The position numbers and the translations under genes are program-made. DNA of 64,000 nt from Amoebophrya sp. A120 (taxonomy: Eukaryota > Protista > Dinoflagellata): positions 476,609 through 540,608 of the forward strand of contig CAJINV010000018.1 in NCBI GenBank assembly GCA_905178155.1. Direction: 5' to 3'. This document shows positions 38,701-47,819 of the stretch, in pieces. Numbering within the stretch: the first letter of the stretch is position 1; each line of letters opens with the position of its first letter. Below the pieces are notes generated by a model. That model was not told the origin of the DNA. It worked only from the letters and a program-made list of their open reading frames with translations, and searched no databases.

Positions 38701-41700
38701 TTTGTAGTCGGCGCATGACAAATTTTCCGGGCACTCAAAGCGTGTCTGTCGTGCTAGTTAGGCAAAGGGGTCTGACCCTTCTGTCGTGCTAATCAGCAGC
38801 CCAATTCTTCACCCCTAGCAGGACAATAGTCGGCCTCCATTGTGTCATCTGCAGCGCAGTCTTTTTTGCCTTGCATTTCATGCATCACAAATCATTTCCA
38901 CTTTGGGCATTTCCATTCTGAGGCTTTCATACAGCTTGTCCTGTAGAAGATCCTCGTCCAGAATTTGCCGGATTTTTTTCGGAATCACCGCGGTCCAGAG
39001 CTTATCCTGTGCAAAAGTATCGTACTCGTACTAATCGCGTTTATGCATTTACAAATCTCTTTACTGAGGCAGATCCGCATTGCAAATTTGATTTGTAATG
39101 CTAAGTGAATTTGTAATGCAATTTATACTAGTACGATACTTTTGCAGAGGATAGAGCTGTTCCTTGAGCGAATTCAGCTCCTGGTCGACCGAGTTCAGCT
39201 GCGTCCACACCTCCTTCAGCGATTGGATCTCCGCGGCGAGTATGGATTGCAATTATGTCTGGGTCTGGAACAGTGGAACTTGTGATGCGTGTCTGGCATT
39301 CCTGGAAAATCTGTGTTGCAGGAGCAGCACATACAAGAGGAGCTTCCTTCGTCATGCAAAAGCGCAAGAATTTGTGACGCGTGCTAGGCATCAGCAGGCG
39401 TCTCAAAAACTTGTCATACTTGGCTCCCATTGCAAGCGCTTCAATCATGCTCAATTCAGCATCACAGGTTCTTTCCAGACCCAGACATATTTTTTGCATT
39501 CCATAGCGAGTGGCTGGAGCTGCTTTTCCAAATTCGCGGTGGAACGGTTCAGCACTGACTGAATCGTATCCTGTGCAAAAGTATCGCACAATCATGCACT
39601 ACAAATTTTTTTTTGAAGGTAAATCCGCATTACAAATTTTATTTCTCAACATGCTGCGGAAATTTGTAATGCATTTATACGAGTACGAGGATACTTTTGC
39701 GGTTCATAAATCGCGTCCCCAATGCCGGAACATTCCGTTTGCATCTGCTCCACCTTCAACGCGTATTGGCTGCAAATCTCCAGCGCCTTCTCACAAGACT
39801 CCACGACGTGGATCGGCTTGTCCTTCGTCCAATCGGAGTAGCAGGAGCGGACTTCTTCGGTAATCTTCTTCTCGTGTCGCTCGATCCCGGTTGACAGTGA
39901 ACAACTCTTCCTCCCCCTCGTTTCAGTATGGCAGAAACAGCAACACTAGCAACAGCAGCTATGTGGCTTCCGCATGACAAATCTGTGCACGGATAATTGT
40001 AGTACTGTTTGAGGTTGTTGGTTCCAAAAAAATTTGGCATGCAGACACTGCCTCAGCAGGGCAGGACGTGGACTTGGTATTTTGCATCACAAAGGAAGGA
40101 GGGGCACGGAAGGCTGTGCACTTTCATATCCCGGCGCGGAGCGACGGCATTTCCCGCTCCATCACGAGCGATTTCCGGTCTAGGACGGTCAGTAACGAGT
40201 CCCAATCCGACGCTTGCTGTTCCAAAGACGGGAAGTCATCCGGAAAGGTATACCCCCGGTTCCGCATAAGCGTCTTTGTACAGTCGAGCACCAACTGCAC
40301 CTGGTCGTTCAAATCTTGCTTTTTCTTTTTCAATCCCTGCACGATCGTGATCGATTTCAGCGTTTCCGGTGACCCCGGCTCAAAGCTGGACTGCTCGAGG
40401 CTCGTGCGCAATTGCCGCAAGTCCTGCACTAATCTCGTGCTGGAATTGTAGACTCGCTCGCCAAACTCGTGCAAAATGTCCCGCTTCCACAAGTCGTATC
40501 TTCTCTATGACAGTGCACCACTCCTCCTTTATGTAGCGTACACGGCTGCAATACAAACACCAGCGCACGTGGCGCCTGTGCATGACAAGTTCATGCGCCG
40601 AGAAGTAAGTACAGTCCTGCTTGGGATTTGTCATGCAAACAGTGCCACAAGGCAGCAGCCAAAATGTAGAGTTTGCATGACAAAAGAGGGGGTGTTGTGC
40701 ACTTTCATATTGTCGTGATCTTCGTGGAAACCTTGCTGTGGTCGATGATAAGTGGTCCGAAAGTATTAAACAAAAAAGTGTTAACGTCAACGTTTTTGGG
40801 GCATTGCAGTCATGCATGACAAATTTTCGCTATCATGCATGCTATGCAATACAAATTTGGGCATCGTTTCTCGTGCAGTCCTGCATGCCAAATTCCGTTA
40901 ACGTTAACACTTTTTGGTATGATAGAAAGCTTTCTCCCGGTTTTCCTTGTCGTTTTCCAATTGCGCCCGGTTCTGCTTGATCTCCTGCAAAAGTTGCTGC
41001 CACTTGACCAAGTCATCGCCGAGCTTCTCAAAAACCTGCTCCGCGTTGATGTCCCACAATGCTTGGTACTGCAGCCAGGCGTTCGCATACGCGTCCATCT
41101 GCAAAAGTTGCTGCTCAATCGCGTCGTAGGCGTCCAGGAAGATTTTTTCGGAGAGGGAAGACAGGAGGAAGTTATACGTTTTCTTCTTCGACAAACCCTC
41201 CTTCAATTTCACTGCGAGCATGGTGGTGTTTTTCTCGTTCGTGTTTCGCGCGAAGTCGTCATACCGATTCGCGACCAATTGTGGCAAGGAGCAGACAATC
41301 CCGAGCGTCTGGTGAAAATGCTGCATCCAATGCTGTCGGGCGGACTCCTTGGGCGGATTCAAAGCGAGCAGCTGCTGGTTCATTTTCAATTCGTGAACCG
41401 TTGGCTCGTCAATCAAGCTCGTCCCCGCGTTGGGGTACCGGGTGAACTGTTTCACCCACTCGGTCACGAGTTGCTCCAGCCGTTGCTTCAGCTTCTGCTC
41501 GATCTTTTCCTTAAGGTGCGACGAAGCCCAGTACTCCAAATTCGAAAAATTCTTCAAGTTCATGTCATCGATAAGACTCTGCATTTGGTTAAACACCGAC
41601 TTGAAATAGGCCCGGGCGGAACTGCGGTCCAGATTCGTGTTGTCGTTCAGAGTTGCTTGATTGGCGCCGGAATTCTGGGCGAAATCGGAGGAGGTTTTGT

Positions 41701-44700
41701 CCGCTATGATTTCATCGGGTGCAGCACCAAGATCGCCTGGGTATCGAGGTGGAGAGTTTGATAATTGATGAACAATTTCAAGTACTAGTAAGTACCCCAG
41801 AAGCGAGCACTAGCATTAGCAGTTATAGCATCAGAAATACATCGGGACGAGTTCTTCTTCACATCTGCGGAGCGAGCGTCACAAACAAGCTGCAACGAAG
41901 TTGTACTTTTGTTACCTTCCACAGCTATTTTCGCCACAGCAGTTGTAGACCCGGCGACTTTAATTTTCGCTTTGTCAACAGCGCCGCCGTCGTCATCTGT
42001 AATATCGTAGTCGTCCATATCCAGGAAAAAACACCCGTCCCCATCCATTTTTTGCATGACAAATAGTGGATTTCATGCATGTTTTGCATGACAAATTGGA
42101 TGGGGATGGGTGTTTTTTCCTGGATAGTCCAGTTTCATGATCAGCCGGTCCATATCGTTCACGCACTTGCTCACTTCTGATACCCGGTCTTGGAACAAAT
42201 AAATTTCCGAGCACAGTTTTTGCGCGTACGACTCCACCTTGTCGTGAATCCACTTCAAACCCATACCCTGCTGAATCAGGCCCTGCACATCCGCGTGGTG
42301 CTGGGCCATGAGCAGTTCGATCGTCGGCGTGAACTCGCGTTGTACCACCTGCATGTACGTTTTGCACGCTTCCTGCAAGCCGTAGGACACGGGGTAGGAG
42401 AGTCTCGCCTCGTCCGCCATGACTTTCAAGCTGTACGGCACGCGGAATTGCAACGCCTGGAGATTCCGAACTTCCTTGAACAGAGTAGTGATTGTCGCGT
42501 CCGTATTGACCGTCAGCTCGTAGTTTTTGGCCTGCACAGTGATGTCAAAGAGCCGCTCTTTCGTCATATCGAAGGGTTTCTGCGCCTTCACGTCCTGCAT
42601 CCACTGCTCAAAAAGCTGCACGGCCGAGCACTTCTGCAAAAAGGCATCTACGCTCTGCTTGATCTTCGACCCGTCCACATGTTGGTCCCACCCGCGGCCG
42701 AGCACGTCTTCCACGCGCCTTAAGCAGATCGTAAGCTTTCTTTCGATCTGCTTGGCGAAGATCACACTGCCGGTGATTGGTGGGATGTCTCGGGCTAACG
42801 TCACCTGGGAGGACTTGCTGTGTTCGAACTTTTCCTTGAACTTCGTCTGCAGCTTGTTTACCTCTTGCTTAATATTCTCCAACAGCGTCGATTGGTACTC
42901 CTGAATCGCGCCACGGATTCTGCTGCGAAAGAAGAGCGCGTTGAATTTCTGGAAGGATTTATCATTTGTAAAAACGTCCCCACCTCCGCCCCAGAGTTGT
43001 AATGCAAATGCGCAAGAATGACAGGAACGTTTGTAGTGCGCATCTCCATGAAAGGCATCTTCAGTAACGCTCTAAACAGGATCAGAAAAAAATCTCTTTC
43101 TCATGCGCCTTTCCCTGCTAGCCAGCACTACACTGCAGATGGAAGTTTGTCATGCAGAACTCCTAAAACTTGAAGATCTGTGTTGCAGACTTCCCGTCTT
43201 GACTATGGTGTGGGGACGTTTTTACATGGGATAGGATTGAAACATGTCGTCCGCGTTTTTCGCCTTGGAGAGCTGGTTCTGCAGTTTCGCAATGACGAAA
43301 GTCTCAACCCGGTCGACCCGCTCGTTGTACTTCTTCTGCGCGAGGTCCCACTTCGCGGTCCCTGTTACTGATATTCCCAGAAAATCAACCATCCCCATCC
43401 ACTTTTTGCATGACAGACACAGAATTTTATACATGTTTTGCATGACAAAAACTAATGGGGTGGGGATGGTTAATTTTCAGGGAATAACTGACGTGTCTAA
43501 CACGTCGAAGGACTGGCTCGTGCTGATCTGCGGACTGATATGACAGTGCACAACGCCCCCTCCCCCTCATTTGTATGGTATGAACAGCAATACAAACACC
43601 AGCGCACATGGAGCCGATGCATGACAAATCTATGTGCCCCCCAATGTAGCACTGTTTGGGCTTCCAGAATTTGTGATGCAAACAGTGCGACAAGGCAGCA
43701 GCTGGATGTGGGATTTTGCATGACAAATGAGGGGGAGGCGGGGAAGTTGTGCGCTTTCCTAACTGGCTTTACTCGCGGCTCCGTCGGACGAAGAGGTGGA
43801 CGTAGCGGCAGCTCCTCCTATTGCACTTGTCGTCATGAACACCTGGTCATACGCGTCTTGCAACTCTTTGTTCAGATCTATCTCCGGTACGGCGGAGTCG
43901 AAACCACCCGCGCCCTTTTCCTTCTTCTTGCGGGTAGAAGAAGTACTCTCTCCGCCTTTCAACATCGCGGACGAAGCTGCACCTCCTCCGCTACTCGATG
44001 GGGACGAGAAGATCTTTTTTAACACATCCGCCATCTTTTGGTGCTGCCTCCGGAACAGCCTGATGTCGTCCACCCGGTCTTGTAACGACTGGTGCTCGCA
44101 GTTGATCTTGTGCGGCGGGATCTCCTATGTAAAAACGTCCCCACCCCATAGTCAAGATGGGAAATCTGCTACACAAATCACCCAGCTTTGGCTGTTGCGC
44201 ATGACAAATTTGGGCTCGTAATGTAGTCACGTTTAGCTAGTGAAGTAGCATCATAGATCCAGTTTCTGATGCTAATTTGAGCATCACAAATCTCAAAACA
44301 CCACTAGAAAAAGCTTCTCGTGCGTCTCCGCACGACAAATGTTTTTAGCATGCAGATTTGCATTCCAACTCTGGGGAGGTGGGGACGTTTTTACACAGGA
44401 TACGGCCGCTCGCTGGTCCCTCGTCGCTTCACTTGATCCCGGACCAGCTCCTTAAACTGGCGGATTTCCTTATGGAAGCGTCAGGATCGAAATCCACAAA
44501 GTTAAAATAATTTCTCATGCATAAATTGCAAGGCATGCAGTGCCTCTCATTGCAGGGATGGCAAGTGAGGCCGACTGTCAGCCTGTTTGGAGTCTACGAT
44601 AGAGCTGCTAAAGCAGCATGACAAAAGACGCCTTCTTTCCCTAAACAGCACGACAAATTGGATTTAGTAGATGGCGCTAAAATTTGTCATGCGCCGCTTG

Positions 44701-46532
44701 GAAATTGGGCTTCCAACTGGAGGTATCGATTTTATGCATCGCAAATTTTTCAATTTTATCGATTGCGATCCTGACGCTCCCATATTCCTCCTCCCACAGC
44801 CTAAACAGCTTCTCCGACTCCCGGGTGCCTTCCTCGAACGTCTGATAGTCCAGCATCATCCACTTTTGCGTGGACAGGATTTTCAGAATCTGGGTCTTCA
44901 AATCCCGCGACAACGCCTCCGCCAGCTGAAACGCCCGCGCCAAGGGGTAAGCGGTGGCGTTCTTCAGCTTTTTCAAATGGTTGAACAGCGTCTTAATCGC
45001 GTTCTGCAAGTGCACGAAGCTTGTCGCGGCGAGTAGGTCTTGTACCGGGAACTCCCTGAGTAAAATCAAGTAGTTGGACACCGAGTCCATCGCTTTCTGC
45101 AGCCCCGTGTCAGATTCGAAAGACACGCTGGTCAGAAACCGTTTTCCCAGACGGAGCACCCCCAGCGTGAACTCGACGTCCGGAGATTGCAGTTGGTTCC
45201 GGACGTGAAAAAGCGCCTTCTCTATGCCGACCCAGAAGTTCACCTCCGACATTGCCGTCCCCGTGATGGAGCCGCTCGTGCCCCCGGGCTGGAAGTACTT
45301 GGTCAATTTCTGGATATCCTTCATCCACTGGTTCACCCCGGAGTGCAACACGTTCAACGTGTTTACCTCCAACAGGGTGCCGGAATACTTCTCCGGGGTT
45401 GGCATCGGCCGGTTTTCCCGTTTTGCTTGCTCGAACAGTTTCAGCACAATTGGGTCAACCTTTAACACGATCTCGGGAATCTGAATCGTCTGGCCGCACT
45501 GTTGCAGCGCGATCCCCAACTCCGCGAGCTTTTTTTGCACGATTTGCTCCGCATCGTTGGCCTGCTCCTGCTCGGACTGTTGCTGAAATATCCTGTGCAA
45601 AAGTATCGTACTAGTAGAAATAGCATGATAAATTTTTCCAGAAGGAGAAATGGAATTTGTAATGCTGAATTGGCTAAGAAACCGGATATGTCATGCAGGG
45701 CTGCAATTCATACGAGTACTACATTTTTGCAGAGCATATGAAAGGAACTTTGATTTCCTGTTTGACTTTGCTCTTTCTCCTTCGCCGCGGACTTGATCGC
45801 GAAGAGCGGCGCGACTGCGGTCTGGAGGTACATCAAAACCGTGTCGTACGGTGTATCCTGCTCGAGAGTGAGCAGCAAAACCGCTTTCGCGACCGACTTC
45901 GGGTACTGCTCTTGAAAGATCGGGCGTTTCAGAATCGCGAGAACATCCTGGTTGAGAACATTACTAGGGGACGAATTAGGCATAGGCTGCTCCTGTTGCA
46001 GCTGTTGAGACGCAGACAGTCGCGGGGTCCCGCCCGAGGCTCTTTCTTGGAAAAAATCACCTTGCATATTATTGCCTGATGTTAGAGATGAACTGCTACT
46101 TGGTAGGTTGTAACCGCTGCTACTTGATGTCCTTGTGGTCATGGCAGAAGGGATGTCCAGAGCCACGATCAAATCCTCATCGGCGGCGGTTGTGCTACCA
46201 CCAGCTCCTGCCCCGGACGAAATATTAAGTGATGGTGATGCCTTCTTCCCGAAGAACAGTGCGGGCGTTTCTTGCACCGCGTTGGCCACAAAGAGCTTCA
46301 GCTTCTCCACCACGTCCCGCTGTTTTAACCGCGTCGCAATTTTGCTTCGGTTCAGCTCCAGCGTCGTGGGCAGCAGATTGGTCAAGTACTCTATCAAAGG
46401 GTCCACAGCGAGAGAGCCGGTCAGGGTAGTAGTGCCAGTTCCGCTTCCAGAAGTCCCGCCAGGTAGAAGACCACCTCCCCCTCCAGGCGCGGAGGTCCCG
46501 CCACCCCCGAGGAGCGTGTTTGAGGAGGCCAT
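17734..46532 (-). CDS. DYNC1H1: Cytoplasmic dynein heavy chain, 54 exons, ~4972 aa
   Basis: P-loops [24 protein letters not shown] and GVAGAGKT. Motifs [67 protein letters not shown] and [11 protein letters not shown] are present, several only after junction repair. ATG at 46532, TAG at 17734-17736. Removing 49 TIR elements (each +5 bp) and 4 GT-AG introns leaves 14,919 nt, a multiple of 3 (hand count). Confidence 0.96.
18070..18292. mobile_element. Introner family B (dynein intron)
   Basis: TIR TATGACAG.GCACAACTCCCC, direct repeat TTGGA. Confidence 0.9.
18344..18648. mobile_element. Introner family C
   Basis: TIR TATGAAAGCCTCAG, direct repeat CCGGC. Confidence 0.9.
18701..18957. mobile_element. 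Introner family A
   Basis: 31-bp TIR, direct repeat TGCCG. Confidence 0.9.
19069..19208 (-). other. Canonical GT-AG intron of dynein
   Basis: AG|GTACAG...CACAG|G restores [12 protein letters not shown]. Confidence 0.85.
19296..19605. mobile_element. Introner family D
   Basis: TIR TATGGAAG.GTC.GG, direct repeat AATCC. Confidence 0.9.
20959..21089. mobile_element. Introner family E
   Basis: TATCC..AAAAAA ends, direct repeat GAGTT/AAGTT. Confidence 0.8.
21204..21471. mobile_element. Introner family A
   Basis: Direct repeat GCTTT. Confidence 0.9.
21831..22065. mobile_element. Introner family F
   Basis: TIR TATGGCGTTCTCAA, direct repeat TGCTT. Confidence 0.9.
22104..23078 (-). other. Canonical GT-AG intron (975 nt) hosting a tRNA-like RNA gene
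   Basis: CAG|GTACTG...ATCAG|GTC restores [13 protein letters not shown]. Confidence 0.85.
22583..22854 (-). ncRNA. tRNA-framed structured RNA (272 nt) with a ~207-nt domain in place of the anticodon loop
   Basis: 5' half GCGCGGA TA GCAT-AACTGGAA-ATGC A CCCGG. 3' half CTGGG GGAC ACAGG-TTCGAAT-CCTGT AACGCGC A. A box, B box and a T6 terminator at 22578-22573 are present. Acceptor stem is 5/7 paired. Confidence 0.75.
23660..23947. mobile_element. Introner family G
   Basis: TIR TAT.CTGAGTAAAA.C.TCCCCA, direct repeat GGACA. Confidence 0.9.
24810..25140. mobile_element. Introner family H
   Basis: Degenerate TIR, direct repeat GTAAT/GTAAC, restores IGPLRKEL. Confidence 0.85.
25451..25727. mobile_element. 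Introner family G
   Basis: Direct repeat TGTTG. Confidence 0.9.
25743..25951. mobile_element. Introner family I
   Basis: TIR TATC.CA..AAAAAACTGTTTCACTGTG, direct repeat TCTGT/TTTGT. Confidence 0.88.
25987..27272. mobile_element. Introner family D carrying a nested transposon
   Basis: Family D ends, direct repeat TGATG. It is 1286 bp versus ~310 bp for its siblings. Confidence 0.9.
26105..27076. mobile_element. Non-autonomous DNA transposon (972 bp) with 7-bp TSD
   Basis: TIR TAAGG..GCGCAGCCCACTAGCAGCAGACC at both ends, TSD CTAAATC (26098-26104 and 27077-27083), internal GGCATTCCGAAA tandem repeats. Confidence 0.9.
27291..27570. mobile_element. Introner family G
   Basis: Direct repeat CGCCT. 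Confidence 0.9.
28098..28367. mobile_element. Introner family G
   Basis: Direct repeat GGTGC/AGTGA (3/5). Confidence 0.88.
28472..28670. mobile_element. Introner family I
   Basis: Direct repeat CAGTG, restores SSPALFNRC. Confidence 0.9.
29005..29216. mobile_element. Introner family J
   Basis: TIR TATGCA..A.AAAA.TGCGTAAGTGTAA, direct repeat AATCG. Confidence 0.9.
29289..29584. mobile_element. Introner family A
   Basis: Direct repeat CATGT. Confidence 0.88.
29735..30045. mobile_element. Introner family D
   Basis: Direct repeat AATTC. Confidence 0.9.
30101..30361. mobile_element. Introner family A
   Basis: Direct repeat ATCCT. Confidence 0.9.
30462..30767. mobile_element. Introner family D
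   Basis: Direct repeat CGTCC. Confidence 0.9.
30854..30998. mobile_element. Introner family K
   Basis: TIR TATCCTGTGCAAAAGTATCGCACTCGTA, direct repeat ACCTG. Confidence 0.9.
31622..31817. mobile_element. Introner family J
   Basis: TIR TATGCAAAGAA, direct repeat TTTGA. Confidence 0.9.
32473..32793. mobile_element. Introner family H
   Basis: Direct repeat ACACT. Confidence 0.9.
32830..33025. mobile_element. Introner family K with perfect internal palindrome
   Basis: Direct repeat GAAGT, 59-bp arms around 32935. Confidence 0.9.
33148..33419. mobile_element. Introner family A (left end TTT)
   Basis: Direct repeat AACCG. Confidence 0.88.
33474..33719. mobile_element. Introner family F
   Basis: Direct repeat GTGTT. 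Confidence 0.88.
33901..34053. mobile_element. Introner family K
   Basis: Direct repeat AAACC/GAACC, restores ENLNSVLDDNK. Confidence 0.9.
34092..34308. mobile_element. Introner family I
   Basis: Direct repeat CCACG, restores FDGDVDPEW. Confidence 0.9.
34381..34642. mobile_element. Introner family A
   Basis: Direct repeat TGATA. Confidence 0.9.
34708..34960. mobile_element. Introner family A (left end TGT)
   Basis: Direct repeat GTCTA, restores YGRLDPTTLEW. Confidence 0.9.
35552..35762. mobile_element. Introner family B
   Basis: Direct repeat AGCCT. Confidence 0.9.
35895..36056. mobile_element. Introner family K
   Basis: Direct repeat CACAC/CATAC, restores NPGYAGRS. Confidence 0.9.
36180..36441. 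mobile_element. Introner family A
   Basis: Direct repeat CTCGG. Confidence 0.9.
36506..36616. mobile_element. Introner family E
   Basis: Direct repeat AGGCG, restores [11 protein letters not shown]. Confidence 0.9.
37304..37434 (-). other. Canonical GT-AG intron of dynein
   Basis: A|GTATCG...ATCAG|GT, frame restored (ARLSTAWPAL). Confidence 0.8.
38021..38151. mobile_element. Introner family K
   Basis: Direct repeat TCCCA. Confidence 0.9.
38624..38931. mobile_element. Introner family C
   Basis: Direct repeat CAGCT. Opposite orientation to 18344-18648. Confidence 0.9.
39003..39153. mobile_element. Introner family K
   Basis: Direct repeat GAGCT. Confidence 0.9.
39241..39505. mobile_element. 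Introner family A
   Basis: Direct repeat GCGAG. Confidence 0.9.
39567..39708. mobile_element. Introner family K
   Basis: Direct repeat AATCG. Confidence 0.9.
39890..40128. mobile_element. Introner family B (degenerate left end)
   Basis: Direct repeat TCCCG. Confidence 0.85.
40506..40709. mobile_element. Introner family B
   Basis: Direct repeat TTCTC/TTGTC. Confidence 0.88.
40764..40924. mobile_element. Introner family L
   Basis: TIR TAT..AAAAAGTGTTAACGT.AACG, direct repeat GAAAG. Confidence 0.9.
41737..41795 (-). other. Canonical GT-AG intron (59 nt) of dynein
   Basis: TGG G|GTACTT...CCCAG|GC removes an in-frame stop and restores the frame. Confidence 0.75.
42018..42126. mobile_element. 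Introner family E
   Basis: TIR TATCCAGGAAAAAACACCC.TCCCCATCCA, direct repeat GTCCA. Confidence 0.9.
42960..43233. mobile_element. Introner family G
   Basis: Direct repeat GGATT. Confidence 0.9.
43372..43486. mobile_element. Introner family E
   Basis: Direct repeat ACTGA. Confidence 0.9.
43539..43761. mobile_element. Introner family B
   Basis: Direct repeat ACTGA/ACTGG. Confidence 0.88.
44121..44402. mobile_element. Introner family G (left end TCT)
   Basis: Direct repeat CGGGA/CGGCC (3/5). Confidence 0.87.
44471..44784. mobile_element. Introner family D
   Basis: Direct repeat TTCCT. Confidence 0.9.
45589..45738. mobile_element. Introner family K
   Basis: Direct repeat TGAAA. Confidence 0.9.
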
Positions 46533-47819
46533 GTTGTTTTCGTGGCGGTCCTGGAGCCTGTAGTCCGGGGAGCAGAGAGGCCACTTAGCGGGCGCCGCTA
46601 TCTAGCAGCCAGGCGGTGCACGAACATCAACATTCTCTAGAAAATGATCGACGCCCTCGCGCGTCGACCTATCAAAGCAATGCGCCGCAGACTTCAGATT
46701 CATTCGATAAATAGGTTTTGGTGTTAATATCCACAGGGAAGAGTTCGACTTGTAGGCGAAGAAGTACAACTAGAGATCGATCCAAGATCTAGTCCCGAAA
46801 CAGTAAGATCGTTTCTTCTTTATACTGATGTTGCTGGTGGGACGGAGACGATGCTGTTGTTGAGAAGTCGTAAATGGACATTCTCATCTTCCAGCAAAGT
46901 TGTAGACCCTTCTACTGTTATTTCTCTTGGAACTGTTCATCAGCAGAGTGTCTGTTCTTGTGCAAACTGTTCACTGACCAGCAAGACGAGAAACTTCAAA
47001 CAATACAGCAACAACGGAGATCATCGTCTACGTGTTCACTTGTTTTTTTAGTAGTATAGAACCAGCAGATAACTGTGATAAAAGCCCAAGCGGCAAGTAG
47101 CAACACAAAATTGTCGTTTTTCGGCCTCGAAGATAGAACACGACCAGACGTGCGGGGTCGGGAGCTGAACACGACCATCAAAGATGACAGCTGCAGCGGG
47201 AACGGTACCCGCTGAGGAGCTTATGAAACTCGCCGCCGACGAGGACGATACTGGTATTTTTACCAAGAACGCCGTGCCCGTGGACGAGACCATCGTCCAT
47301 ATTAGTTGATGAGTGACTCATCATTCAACATCAAAAACGGAGTTCCAAGTTTTGCATCCTCGAGAGAGAAATGCTCGCATTTTTAAGGATTACGTCTTCT
47401 CGCAGAGAAAAGCAGCGCAGGGAACATTTACTATGCTTGCAGGTTACATTTTTACGGAATACGAAATGTGAACAGCGTCACATGAAACGAAGCTCAAAGT
47501 TGTAAACAGCTTAGATTTTTATGAAGAGCCTTCAGCTTTAATTGTAGGTCTTTTTTGTCAAAATCGGGATTAACTTCCTTTGGATAGAAGTTTAGGTAAC
47601 TTCTGACGAAGATGGCGGCAGATACGATATCATCAACTTCCTGTATGTGCAAACAGCAGCATGATCTACATCATGTTCATGATGTCGACGCAAGGTGTGT
47701 GATTCTCAGAGTCTCGTCTCGTTACCAGCAGTCTCGGCCCGTTCACTGACCTTCGGATCCACCGGAGACCCAAAATAAATCTGTATGTATCCATCGGCCC
47801 AGTATAGATACGAGGAAAA

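Noticed and set aside
40835-41761. 308-aa plus-strand ORF (also 20204-21010)
   Set aside because: Antisense shadows of dynein exons.
17734-46532. Dynein as a TE-riddled pseudogene
   Set aside because: Each junction examined restores the frame and conserved motifs, the total length is a multiple of 3, and no lesions were seen in the exons.
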